Shown here: positions 28,507 to 38,600 of the stretch, piece by piece
Numbering within the stretch: the first letter of the stretch is position 1
Layout: every line of letters begins with the position of its first letter
IMG/VR virus record: IMGVR_UViG_3300042519_001736
Span: 1 to 54,586 of that record
Length of the DNA stretch: 54,586 nt
Source: a virus
Taxonomy: Duplodnaviria > Caudoviricetes
Reading direction: 5' to 3' (one strand)
Program-made: the position numbers and the translations under genes
Notes under the pieces: generated by a model
Told to the model about the DNA's origin: nothing
The model's input: the letters and a program-made list of their open reading frames with translations, nothing else
The model's database searches: none

Positions 28507-28808
28507 TACTGCGCTGCCCCACCATAAAACAACAGTGTCACGCTGGTAACTTCAGCACTGGAAACATCAATAAACACCCCTGAGTCAAAGAGAATTCCCA
28601 TATCCGGGAGGATAAGGTCAGTAGCTCCAGCCGCAGCAGGTGTAACAATGGTCAGCAGGGCTGTGCCTGCGGTAGTGCTGCCGTTCTTCAGGGAAAAAGA
28701 CGCGGCTGTAGCGGTGTTTGTGAAGTAAATACCAGCTACTCTTGTGCGGCCCGCAACTGCATGGCCATCAGCAGTCTTTGTGACTGCCTGAATATTGCTG
28801 TTGCTCAT
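28506..28808 (-). CDS. Small virion structural protein
   Basis: 100 aa, beta-rich, GILFDSG motif. Confidence 0.65.
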   Translation of the reverse strand: MSNSNIQAVTKTADGHAVAGRTRVAGIYFTNTATAASFSLKNGSTTAGTALLTIVTPAAAGATDLILPDMGILFDSGVFIDVSSAEVTSVTLLFYGGAAQ

Positions 28809-28820
28809 GATGGCCCCTGG

Positions 28821-29339
28821 TTAAGCGGTACGCGTGAAGACGTATGCTGTGGCGCTGGAGAACATGATGGTGAATCGTGCCAAGCCGGTAACGCCAGAGG
28901 CCACAGTCAGGTCACCAAACGAACCGGCTGTGTCAGCAGCTGCGCTGGACAAGATACCGTTGACTGCAACAGCAATAGTCACGGTGTTTGCGCCGCCGGT
29001 GTTGTCCACGTACAGTTCCAGCACAGTGCCTTTAGTAGCGCCAAGAGCTGCGCCAAGCAAAGTGCCGGTAGGCAAAGTGATGGTCGTAGCGGCAGCCGAA
29101 GTGGATGTGATGTAGCCGGTTGCAACTTCAGCGGCGGTGGCGGTTGCGGTGGCGTTGATCGCGGCCTTTGTGGGGTGGTTCTGATCAGTGAAAACCAGGT
29201 TGGTAGTTGTCAAATCGGTCACGCTGGTAGCGGTGCCAAAAGTGGCATCTACAGTAACAGCACCGGAGGTGGGGCTGACGGTGACAGATTGAAAGCCGTT
29301 CTGCGAGCGAACTGGGCCGGTAAACGTGGTGTTTGCCAT
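28821..29339 (-). CDS. Capsid decoration / head fibre protein
   Basis: Start MANTTFTGPVRSQNGF at 29339. First gene after the major capsid gene. Confidence 0.65.
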   Translation of the reverse strand: MANTTFTGPVRSQNGFQSVTVSPTSGAVTVDATFGTATSVTDLTTTNLVFTDQNHPTKAAINATATATAAEVATGYITSTSAAATTITLPTGTLLGAALGATKGTVLELYVDNTGGANTVTIAVAVNGILSSAAADTAGSFGDLTVASGVTGLARFTIMFSSATAYVFTRTA

Positions 29340-29344
29340 GATTT

Positions 29345-29420
29345 TCCTTACATGCAAGTTGAGGCGCATCTATCTGCATGTCGTCAGCCGGGACTGTCAG
29401 ATGCGCCGAGAAACCCCGGA
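29345..29420 (-). ncRNA. Pseudoknotted RNA downstream of the capsid gene, probably the Mu-gpT-DE motif
   Basis: Stems 29363-29371/29399-29407, 29350-29356/29375-29381 and 29388-29392/29415-29419. Located downstream of a Mu-gpT-like capsid gene. Confidence 0.65.
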
Positions 29421-29444
29421 GTGCGTCCAATATAACCTATTTAC

Positions 29445-29476
29445 AAAAAAAGAAAAAGGGGCCGAAGCCCCTTTTT
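29445..29476 (-). terminator. Intrinsic terminator after the major capsid gene
   Basis: AAAAAGGGGC-TTCG-GCCCCTTTTT followed by a U-tract. Confidence 0.88.
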
Positions 29477-29506
29477 ATTGGCCGGGAACCCCCGACCCTT
29501 TTTCGC

Positions 29507-30415
29507 TTAGGCTGCGCCTGGCGAACCGAACATGCCGCGTGGGTCGCTGAAGCCGAAGCTGTAGCGTTCCCGGGCCTTGTAACGGACGTTGCCGGTGTCA
29601 AAGTCACCTTCGAAACCGGTCTTCATGGACACGCGCTCGAACATCTTCATGCCGTTAGGTGCGTCAGTCTTGAGGAAGAACGCATCTGGATCGGTCAGGA
29701 AGTTGTTGACCACGTAGCCCTGAGGCACCATGCCCATGTTCTTGATGGCGTTGACATCGTTATCAGCAGTACCGACGCGCAGCGTGGACTTCATGATACG
29801 GTCAGCAGTGAACATCAGCTCTTTGGGGATGATCAACTTCAAGCCTTGCACGGCGATCTTCAGGCCGCGTTCATCGGTGAACGCTGCGATGTCGATCAGG
29901 GCCTGTTCCAAGGAGGTCTCGGACAAGTCAGCGGCAGTAGCCAGAGTGTTGGACAGGTTTGGACCACCCAGAGTGGGGTGAGCAGTGGAGCACAAAGCAA
30001 CACCGTCGCCACCAATAGAGGTGGTGAAAGCGCCGTTCAGCACAGCTGCAGCCTTGATCTGCTTGGTTTGAGCCATGGAGCGAGCCAGAGCCTTGGTGTA
30101 GCGGGCCGACAGGCGGTCGTAGAGGTTGTCCTCAACGGCTTCTTCGGTCAGCGAGAACGCCAGGGCGATGGTCTCGTGGGTGTAGCGAGCAGTGTAGACC
30201 TCTTGTGCTTGGTCGTACGAAACGCCAGCGCCTTCAGTCTTCACAGGAGCTTCGCCGAAGCCCGATTCCATGACTTCCTCTTCAAACGCGCGGTCCGAAG
30301 ATTCGATAGCGTAGATTTGGGTGTGTTGGTTCTCGTAGTTTTTGTACTCGAGGCCGAAAAGGGCGTTGAGGCCTGGCTCAAGTTCCTTGACCAGTTGTGC
30401 GCGTGAAATTGCCAT
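29507..30415 (-). CDS. Major capsid protein (Mu gpT-like family)
   Basis: MAISRAQLVKELEPGLNALFG, ARYTHETIAL, DFDTGNVRYKARERYSFG. Confidence 0.92.
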   Translation of the reverse strand: MAISRAQLVKELEPGLNALFGLEYKNYENQHTQIYAIESSDRAFEEEVMESGFGEAPVKTEGAGVSYDQAQEVYTARYTHETIALAFSLTEEAVEDNLYDRLSARYTKALARSMAQTKQIKAAAVLNGAFTTSIGGDGVALCSTAHPTLGGPNLSNTLATAADLSETSLEQALIDIAAFTDERGLKIAVQGLKLIIPKELMFTADRIMKSTLRVGTADNDVNAIKNMGMVPQGYVVNNFLTDPDAFFLKTDAPNGMKMFERVSMKTGFEGDFDTGNVRYKARERYSFGFSDPRGMFGSPGAA

Positions 30416-30417
30416 GA

Positions 30418-30999
30418 TTAAGCTCCTTGACCAGCAACACCAGCACTGCCGTACAGATGTTCGTTAATTTTCACAACCACCACGGCATTGGTGCCCAGGG
30501 CGTTGCCGGGGACGTCATACATACCGACGATCTTCAGGTTCAAAGCGGCGGTATTGGCGATGGTGGACGAGTCCAATTCCATGGTGGAAACACCTGTGGT
30601 GGTGCTGCCGCCAGTGCCGACGACGTCAGCGTTCTTGCCGATGTCGGCCTGAACGATGTCTTCATCAGCTTGGATCAAGAACAGCTGTGATGGATCGTCG
30701 ATCACGTCGGCAACGATCTTGCCAGCGGTGATGTTGACCGAACCAGGGTAGTAGTTCTTCCAGGTGGGTTTGCCTGTGGTGGGGTCGATGTACTGGCAAC
30801 CATTGAAGACGCCAACGGCGGCTGTATGGGTGGCAGGTGCGAATTTGACCAAGTAGCCATCAAAGATGGTGACGAGGTCGCCTTGGAAAATTGCTCCGGA
30901 CTGGTTGTCTGCAATTTCGTAGCCGTACTGAGCTTGGGCACCAGTGGCGGAGAGATTGCCGAGAGGACGCAGACCAAAGGCTTTGTCGATGTTAGCCAT
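30418..30999 (-). CDS. Capsid cement / minor capsid protein
   Basis: MANIDKAFGLRP, IFQGD, GVFNGC, VKINEH. Precedes the major capsid gene. Confidence 0.7.
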   Translation of the reverse strand: MANIDKAFGLRPLGNLSATGAQAQYGYEIADNQSGAIFQGDLVTIFDGYLVKFAPATHTAAVGVFNGCQYIDPTTGKPTWKNYYPGSVNITAGKIVADVIDDPSQLFLIQADEDIVQADIGKNADVVGTGGSTTTGVSTMELDSSTIANTAALNLKIVGMYDVPGNALGTNAVVVVKINEHLYGSAGVAGQGA

Positions 31000-31028
31000 T
31001 TGTCATTCCTTTGAAAAAGATGGATTCG

Positions 31029-31508
31029 TCAGCCCTTGTTAGAGCCGCCGAAGGATACGCGAGACTGTCGGGTGGGTCGCTGAATGGTCATGCTATTGTG
31101 AGCATTCGCTTTCATCAGCTCATTGTCGGCAGCTTGCAATTGGTCGTTCGCTCGATTACGGTAATACGCATTGCGCTCTTCAACTGTTTCCACAGGGATG
31201 CGAGCAAGGAGTAGGCCTCCCACGCTGATCACGCCAGCATGTCGGCCATCTTCCACTGTTGGGACGTGATAGTCGGGGTACTCGTCCCCACGAACCAACT
31301 CATACCCCTCGCGGAGTTTTCCAGAGATGTTCGTGCGGTCGTCAATACCACCAGCTTCAGCCCGAATCCAACGGTGCTTGTATCCCGGAGGCGCAGGAGG
31401 CGCATCCAGTCGTGAAGGGGGAGCCCAGGGTTTACGTCGCGCATCTTTCTCACGGGATTCGACACCGCGAGAATTGCGATTGAGTACGGGTACTTTAACG
31501 TCTGACAT
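31029..31508 (-). CDS. Conserved head-module protein
   Basis: WAPPSRLDAP, HRWIR, REGYELV, GGLLLARIP. Confidence 0.7.
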   Translation of the reverse strand: MSDVKVPVLNRNSRGVESREKDARRKPWAPPSRLDAPPAPPGYKHRWIRAEAGGIDDRTNISGKLREGYELVRGDEYPDYHVPTVEDGRHAGVISVGGLLLARIPVETVEERNAYYRNRANDQLQAADNELMKANAHNSMTIQRPTRQSRVSFGGSNKG

Positions 31509-31512
31509 GGTC

Positions 31513-32451
31513 TTACTCCTTTACGTACTTGGCATATTCCTCGAGAGGAACGCCCAGCTTTTTGGCAATTGCAACTTGACTTGGTGTCAATTTGACAGTG
31601 CGGCGTGCGTTGTTAATACCCGAGGATCGGGATGCAGGTGCCACCGTTTGCACGTTCCTGGTGGCTCTGTTAGTTTGCGCTTGAGACTGGCCTCCTCCCA
31701 GTTTCTGGGGGAAATTCTGTTTCAAGCGTTTGTCAAGCTCATCATAGTACTCCTCGCTGCTTGGGTCAAATCCTTCGGATTGGATTAGCTGGCGATGAAT
31801 TCCCCACGCTGCGTGGGTCATGGCCGTGTCGCGGCCGTACCAAGGATTGCGCTCTGCCCATTCTTCAACACGAGGATCAACCTCTTGTTGCACTTGGACC
31901 TGTGGCTGCTGCGCGGCCTGCTGGGCAGCCACCTGCTGTTGGTAGTTCCACTCTTGCTGTTGCTGCTCGCGCTGCTGAGTGGCCGTATTGAGCTGATTTT
32001 GCTCCCAAGTCAGGGACGTGAGACGCTGCTGGGCCTCTGTCTCGGTGTCAATGTCGCCCTCTTCACGGGCCTTGCGGATGATCTGCTTGAGAGCGACTAC
32101 TTGCGTCTGCACACGGCCGTTGGCCTCGCCCAGGCGTTCGCTGTCCACGGCCATGTACTGCTGTTCAAGCTGCGTGGCGCGAGCCTGGACGCTCTTGGCA
32201 TATTCCAATGCCGCCTGCTCACGGCGCTGGGTCTCGCGCAGGCGTGCGGTCAGCTTGTCAATGCGCTTTTTGACGCCTTCGCTGTATTGGTCGAGCTCGC
32301 CCCCGGCAGCGTTGTCGCTGCCCTGTGGGGAGGGCGTTTCAACAAGGGGCGCTTGGGGCTTGTCCAGCACTTCAGCAGCGCCGTCCTCCCCGATGGATAC
32401 GGTGGCTGGACTTTCATCCTCACCGATCTTAAATTGCAGGTCATCATTCAT
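31513..32451 (-). CDS. Capsid scaffolding protein
   Basis: Acidic coiled coil, WAERNPWYG, C-terminal LTPSQVAIAKKLGVPLEEYAK. Confidence 0.78.
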   Translation of the reverse strand: MNDDLQFKIGEDESPATVSIGEDGAAEVLDKPQAPLVETPSPQGSDNAAGGELDQYSEGVKKRIDKLTARLRETQRREQAALEYAKSVQARATQLEQQYMAVDSERLGEANGRVQTQVVALKQIIRKAREEGDIDTETEAQQRLTSLTWEQNQLNTATQQREQQQQEWNYQQQVAAQQAAQQPQVQVQQEVDPRVEEWAERNPWYGRDTAMTHAAWGIHRQLIQSEGFDPSSEEYYDELDKRLKQNFPQKLGGGQSQAQTNRATRNVQTVAPASRSSGINNARRTVKLTPSQVAIAKKLGVPLEEYAKYVKE

Positions 32452-32463
32452 GTCGTTGCTCCT

Positions 32464-32937
32464 TTACATGTGCAGAATGTCTTCAGGACTGTTCACAACA
32501 GCCAAAACTTCGTCGTCGTTCAACAAACGAATCTCACCGCCGTCGATTGGGATGCGAGCACCCGCATATCGGCCGAAGATGATCCAGTCACCTGCCTTGC
32601 ACCACGGTCCGGCGGGAAATTTACTCTCGTCGGCATAGGCAAGATCGCCCACTTTCAAGACGTAGCCGCACGTGGTGCCAAGCTGCGTTCTGCGCTGCGT
32701 TTCCTCGGCCAAGACGATGCCGCCTTTGGTCTTCTCCGCGCCGCGATAGGGCAGGATGGCAATGCGCCACCCGGTAGGTTTTGGAATGGTGTCGATGACG
32801 GCTTGGGCGAGCTTCTCGGGGTCAAACCCGAGCTCGGTGTAGGCGTCTTCGAGGGCTGGCGGCTTGTTGGCTGCTTCCTCGGCCCACTTACGCTCCAAGG
32901 CGGTCATGTTGATTTCAGGTACTGCTGCGGTTTCCAT
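32464..32937 (-). CDS. groES: Co-chaperonin GroES (Cpn10) with N-terminal extension
   Basis: PTGWRIAI, KTKGGIVL, GDWIIFGRYAG, LLNDDEVLAVV. Confidence 0.88.
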   Translation of the reverse strand: METAAVPEINMTALERKWAEEAANKPPALEDAYTELGFDPEKLAQAVIDTIPKPTGWRIAILPYRGAEKTKGGIVLAEETQRRTQLGTTCGYVLKVGDLAYADESKFPAGPWCKAGDWIIFGRYAGARIPIDGGEIRLLNDDEVLAVVNSPEDILHM

Positions 32938-32947
32938 GGTCTTCCTT

Positions 32948-33151
32948 TCACTTGAGAAAATCGTCGACATCGTCTGTGACCTTTTTGAGCAAGTCTTTCA
33001 CGGAGTCTTCAACCATTCTCAAACCCTCAAGGCGACCCATCATGAAGCGGTAGCGCTCCATGTCTGTGATGGTTCCGTTCAGGACAATCTGCTTGGATTG
33101 ATCCTGGAGTTTCCTGATTTCTTTCAGAACTGCTTCTGCAAATTCAAGCAT
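32948..33151 (-). CDS. Conserved hypothetical protein
   Basis: MLEFAEAV...YRFMMGRLEGL. Usual neighbour of phage groES. Confidence 0.65.
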   Translation of the reverse strand: MLEFAEAVLKEIRKLQDQSKQIVLNGTITDMERYRFMMGRLEGLRMVEDSVKDLLKKVTDDVDDFLK

Positions 33152-33210
33152 GGTGATTTCCATGAAAAGCAGACGGTACAAGGCCCCGTCTGATAGCGCT
33201 TACTCACAAC

Positions 33211-33360
33211 TCAGTATATCTTAACTGGACGGTTGCCGTCACGCTTTTTGACAATCATGGACGGACCCTGCACGCCCGGGGGCGTCTTGGGCATCCCGTA
33301 CTTTACGCCCTTTGGTTCTTTGGTCTTCACGCGCTTGAGTGGAATTTCTTTAACCGCCAT
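33211..33360 (-). CDS. Small basic protein (49 aa)
   Basis: MAVKEIPLKR...KKRDGNRPVKIY with GGAGG RBS. Confidence 0.6.
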   Translation of the reverse strand: MAVKEIPLKRVKTKEPKGVKYGMPKTPPGVQGPSMIVKKRDGNRPVKIY

Positions 33361-35686
33361 ACTGGCCTCCTGGTTGGTTGAGCTTGGCTTCCTGCAGTTG
33401 CAACTTCTGACGGTTGAGCTGCAAAGTCTCTTGCTGCTTTTGCTGATCCATGGCCAAGCGCTGTTGGTCAATGTTGATGCGCGCTTGGTCGGCTTGGCCG
33501 CGCTGGGCAATCTCTTTTTCCTTGAGCACGACCAACGGGTCGGGTCCTTCGCCACCTGCGAAAGCCTCTTGCATGTCCCGCACCTCCTTGATTCCAGCTG
33601 CAATGCGCAGGGCAATCATGCCCTCCTTCTGGATGGCAGACACCATGCGATCGGGATCGGTGCCATAGGCCTTGAACAGGTCGGCTTCGACGTCCTCTTC
33701 CGCGCGCAGGCGCACGTGATCCAGGATGTGCTTTTGCAGTTCAATCGCGGCCAAGGGGTTGGCCTGCAAAAGAGGTGACAGGCCCATCATCAGGTGCGCT
33801 GCCATGTGGGCATCATGCTGCTGGCCGGCAAAGGCTTTGAGCTTCATGCCATTGAGCACGTCGCTGTTCTCAGACGCAGGGTCGCGAGGCGTATTGGTGT
33901 TCTGCGGCAACAGCACACCATCAATGTCACGGACGTTCAGCGCTGCATACATGCGGTAGAAGGCCTCGTACATGTTGTGCATGTTCGGGGCGCTCTGTGC
34001 AAGCTGCAGCTGCATCTGTGCAAGCTGGATACGCTGAGCGGAGCTGAAGATGTTGGGGTCAGCCACGGGCTGCACCGACACCATGGTGTCAAAGTCCTTC
34101 TTCTTGATCTTGCGACTGGCCCCAGGCACGTCGTAGGGGTACTCGTCAGGCATGTACTGGCCAAAGCCCTCAAACAGGAGTTTGAACTCCAGCGTCTGCG
34201 CATAGTGCAGGCGCTTGTGGATGCTGGACATGACCATAGAGCCGCGCTCCAGTAGCGCCAAGGTCGTTCCAACCTGCGCGTACTGGTTGCCGTCGCCAAC
34301 TTGCATGTCGGCAGTGCTGGACAGGCGCTTGCCCGAGTCAATCAAGAACCCCATGAGCGTGAACAGCACTTGGCTTGGCTCTTTGTACGGCAATGGCATG
34401 AGCGAAGCAGAAAGTTCCGCGCCACCAGCATCAATGTCACGCCATTCACCCGGTTGGATCGGGTTAGAGTCGTCCGCGATCCGCGCGCCCTTGGCTTTGA
34501 AGCCTGCGGGCAGGTTAGACAGAGTTCCGGCGTCGGTCAACTGGCGCAAAGCGCTCGTAGCGGCCTTGCTGAGACCGCCAATGAGGTGCACAAAGCCCAG
34601 ACCATAGGCTCCTGGGCCTTCGACAAGCACGTAATGCACAAAATAGTTGCGGCGACGGCATTTTTTGTCGTCTTCTTTCCAGTTTCGACGAATTCCGACC
34701 ACTTTAAGCGTGTCCTCGGCCAGTGTGACGACGTATGGGCGCTTGATCCCGGTCACCTCGCCGTCTTCGTCCTTGTCTTCAAAGCCTGGGATGTCCAAAT
34801 CAACCAGTTGCTCGAGCAAAAACACCTCTCCAATGTCGTCGGTAGGCTGGATGCCGGTGATTTTGTCAACCGCCTCTTGAATTTGACTCGCATCAGCAGG
34901 TGTAGAGTAAGTGTCCAAGAAAATATCGAGGTACTCACCGGCCAAGGCGCGCTTTTTGTACTCGTTGGAGTCCATCGCAATGCGGTGCGTGAGCCGTGGG
35001 CATTGGGACACGACACTTGAGCCGTTGTAGGGGATGTAAACGTCGTCTGCCAGGCACAGTTTGGACACCATGCGCTCCAGTTGGTAGTCGTAGTAGACCT
35101 TTTTGAAGGTCGAACCACCGTAACCAGTGTAGAAAAGCTGCTGGTCAAACTCCGGCGTGTACTCCTCCATCACCGTGGTGAGCTGATAGTTCATAAAGTC
35201 CTGCACGCGGCCGGCCTGCTGGAACTTTTCCACCGTCTCCTTGCCCATGATTTGGCTGCGGACAGGTCCGCCGGCAGGCATGAGCTCTTTGAAGGCCTGT
35301 GCCTGGAACTGAATGATGGCCTCGGTCAGCATTGGATGGGTCGCGCCTGACGCGCCACGGAAAGGCTTGGTGCGCTCTTCCATGCGAAAGCCCAGCAGAT
35401 CAAGGCCCTTGGCGTACATCTGCTCCCAGTCGGACCGCGAACCCTTGTCCGCTTGGAACAAAGAGGACACTTCGATGCCGATCGTGGCCAACTCGTCTGA
35501 ATCAATGACCTCGGCCAGGTTGGCGTAGAAGTCCACCTCCTCGGCATCCTTCTCGCCCATCTCAATAGTTGCGCCGCCGTCCTCTTCGATGATGATCTCG
35601 ATGTCCGACTGGGGCGCTGGAATGCCCCCGCCGCCGATGACTACCTCGAGCATGGGCATGCGGTTCAGTGCTTTTTCGATTGCCAT
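33350..35686 (-). CDS. Portal protein
   Basis: 778 aa. FYANLAE, PFRGASGATHPML, GSTFKKVYYD, DAGTLSNLPAGFK, C-terminal coiled coil. Confidence 0.9.
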   Translation of the reverse strand: MAIEKALNRMPMLEVVIGGGGIPAPQSDIEIIIEEDGGATIEMGEKDAEEVDFYANLAEVIDSDELATIGIEVSSLFQADKGSRSDWEQMYAKGLDLLGFRMEERTKPFRGASGATHPMLTEAIIQFQAQAFKELMPAGGPVRSQIMGKETVEKFQQAGRVQDFMNYQLTTVMEEYTPEFDQQLFYTGYGGSTFKKVYYDYQLERMVSKLCLADDVYIPYNGSSVVSQCPRLTHRIAMDSNEYKKRALAGEYLDIFLDTYSTPADASQIQEAVDKITGIQPTDDIGEVFLLEQLVDLDIPGFEDKDEDGEVTGIKRPYVVTLAEDTLKVVGIRRNWKEDDKKCRRRNYFVHYVLVEGPGAYGLGFVHLIGGLSKAATSALRQLTDAGTLSNLPAGFKAKGARIADDSNPIQPGEWRDIDAGGAELSASLMPLPYKEPSQVLFTLMGFLIDSGKRLSSTADMQVGDGNQYAQVGTTLALLERGSMVMSSIHKRLHYAQTLEFKLLFEGFGQYMPDEYPYDVPGASRKIKKKDFDTMVSVQPVADPNIFSSAQRIQLAQMQLQLAQSAPNMHNMYEAFYRMYAALNVRDIDGVLLPQNTNTPRDPASENSDVLNGMKLKAFAGQQHDAHMAAHLMMGLSPLLQANPLAAIELQKHILDHVRLRAEEDVEADLFKAYGTDPDRMVSAIQKEGMIALRIAAGIKEVRDMQEAFAGGEGPDPLVVLKEKEIAQRGQADQARINIDQQRLAMDQQKQQETLQLNRQKLQLQEAKLNQPGGQYGG

Positions 35687-35695
35687 GTGTGTTCC

Positions 35696-38600
35696 TTATC
35701 GAGTGCGTGGGGACGCTCCGAGCTCTGTTTTGTAATTCTGCAGCAAGGGGGTCAGGTAGCTGTCCGACTCTTCAATTGCTGCTGGCTTGAGGTGAGTTTG
35801 CAAGAATCTTAAGACGGCGGCATCATATTTCTCAGGTGCGGTGTTGCCCGAAGCACGACCGTTGCCCTTGATTTGTGTCACGACAGGCGTGGTCTCGTCC
35901 AGCATCTTCACCTCGATTGTGTTGACAGGTCTATTACGGTTGTCACGTAGAGTATATACCTGCCATTTGCCGGTGCCAAAGCCGTCCATTTTATCTTTAG
36001 AGTAACCTACGCCACCCAGCTCATAGCCGCCCACGGAGTGGCCGACATACGCGCCTTCCGGCACTGTTGCTTCGCGCTTTTCAATGCGTTTCCAGGCAAA
36101 GCCGTCCAGGCCCGAGCCCTCGCCAAACTGCAGCAGGGGCTTGCTCACGCCATCAGAAAACACGTTTTCCGCCACGGGCTTGCCAGCTTTAATCCTGCTG
36201 ACCATGGTCTCAAGCTTGAACTTGTTTTCGCCCAGCTTCAGGCCGCCGCGTACCGCGTCTTCAAAACGGATGTTGGCAAGCTCTCGCGCGGGCAGGCTGG
36301 CGAGATACTCATTGATGTTTTCTGGCTTAAACAACACGCCAAGTGTCTTGCCCATGTAGCCAATGTCGTAAACAGGCTCGCCCTTTTCAATGGCGGTAAG
36401 CACGTTTTGGGGCAGCAGATTTGGGCCCACTTCGGACTGGTCCAAGCCTTGCAGGCCTGAGCGGCCCTTGCCAAACTGGTCATTGGCCCACGCAAGCTGT
36501 TGCTCGGGTGTCATCTTCTTGTAGGCAGATGCCTCTTCAAACGCCTGATACAAATCCTTTGCCGAACGCGCGCTGTTCTCGCTCACAATGCGGTCCGGGT
36601 CCTTAACTCCACGGGTCGTAATCCCTATTTCGGTGTTAATCAGCTCTGGTCGCATGCCCTGGGCCATCATCTTGTCCGCTTCTATCTCTGCCGCTGCACG
36701 GCCCATGGCCCGGCCTTCCGAGCTGATGGAGCTGTAGGCGGTCTCAGCAGCGGCAGGGTTGGTGGTGATCAGGTTGCCCCGGAGGCCCGTAGCCTCGTCA
36801 TAGCGCCGCGAGACGTCTTCGTATGATTCCGGATATTCTGGAAAGAAGCGCGATTCAGCGGGCCCTGGGCCAACAAAATCCGCAGCTGGGCGTGCCCCTT
36901 CTTTGGTCCTTGTCTTGCCTACGGCCAAGGAATCTATAAGGCTCCTCGGAAAGCCTGTTCTCAGGTCTGACAACGCCGTTCCCTTGAGCTTCTTTGTTTT
37001 GATGCCTTCCAAAATCGGGTCGTCTGGCGTGCCGTACTGCCGTTCAAAGTAGTTGCGCGCCTTTTTGTTCCAAAAATCTTCGATGAGGCCGCGTTTCTCA
37101 TCGTTTCTTTCTGTGACGTATTTGGCCTCAGTTATGCCGCCTTGCAACAATTGATCTACTTCGCTGACGTTTTTGTTCAAGCCCACAGTGCCCGTGAGCA
37201 TGGTGCTGCCGGTGGGGCGCACCGCATACGACGCGCCAGGGACAGAAATCTGGCGGTTGTACTCCAAGAAATCCTTGCCCACGTCAGCAGCCTTGTCGCC
37301 CACGGCCTTGGCTGCCTTCATGCCTGCGCGCACAGGCGCTGCAGGGTTCACGGCGCTTGAGCCGATCTCAGCGATGTTGAACAAGGCCCGCGCGGCTGTG
37401 CCTTCCTTGGGCGGCTCTTGGCGGATGCCGGCCTTGGTGGCACGGCGCTTCAAATCCTCCGAGCCCAGCATGGGCGCTTCCACGTTGTAGCCAAACGGAC
37501 GCATGGCCATGGTGGCCAAGTCCACCGGTGCACCCAAGAGGTTGTACGGTGTTTCAGAGATGCCCTGCAATGCAGCAGCTTCCAGGTCCCCTGCCTTGGT
37601 CGAGCTCTTGCGACCTTTGCCAGACTTGGGCGTGACAAAAGCAGGCCTGCTTGCGGCGTCAAGCTCTGCTTGCGAGACCTCTCCCTCTTCAGGGCTGCCC
37701 TCGGCGCGGTACTCGGGACGCTGGGCCGGGCCCTTTTCGGCCTTGGCCTTGCGCGCGTCCAGCTGCTCACGGCTCATGATGTAGGGTTTGTCCTTGGTTT
37801 GCTTGGTCTGAGCCTGCAGCGCCATGGCCTGCACCAGCTTTTCCAACTCAGCCTGGCTCGTGGACCGCGCTGCAAGTTCCGCACCGATGCGGTTGTTGTG
37901 AACATCGTAGGGCAGGTCGTCACGCGGCTTGCCAATGCCCAGTGCCGAAAAGAAGGTTTGCGGGTTGCTGGTGTACTCGTGGGCCTTGCCCAGCAACTCT
38001 GCCGCCTTGGGACCATACTTGCGCGCCACACTGCCAGCGGCCAACATATGCCGGGCCGCGTCCCGCTGATCGTCTTGGCCAAGCTGGTCAGGGAACATGC
38101 GGGCCGACGCCTTGGTGGCATAGTCACTCACGCCGAAGATGCTGGGCTCAGCCACTTCGGCCTCAGGCTTTTTTACTTCACCACCTTTAGCAAAAGTCTT
38201 CTTACCCAGAGTGTTCCTGGTCAGGGTTGGTGCCTCCAATGTGGGCGCTCCAAGGGTATTGGCCCGTAGGCCAAGGGCCTTGTTCTTGGCAATTTTGATC
38301 TTGCGCTGATACTGCTCGACAAACGCCTCCATCTGCGCCCGGGCTGAGTCCGTGTTTTTAGACTCACCAGGCGAGGATGTCGTGTCAAGCTTCAGCTGTT
38401 TGATTTCCGCCAAAGGAGCCAGCTTGAGGTTCATCTCCTTGGAAGACTCCGAACCGCCCGCGCCCCGCGAAGGGCGCTTTATGTTCTGGCGCACAGGGGA
38501 CAGCTTCTTGGTCACGCTAGTCACATCGGTCAAATACTTTTGAGCCGTGCCCAACGGGTCGATGTCAATTGAATCAGCCTTTTCCTTCTCTTGCTCTTGC

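Noticed and set aside
29345-29420. Hammerhead ribozyme (CUGACGA is present)
   Set aside because: The required GAAA does not directly follow the adjacent stem and no stem III/NUH arrangement fits.
33165-33195. Hairpin CAGACGG/CCGTCTG as a regulatory RNA
   Set aside because: It is a single 7-bp stem with a short U-run, at most a weak terminator or processing site.
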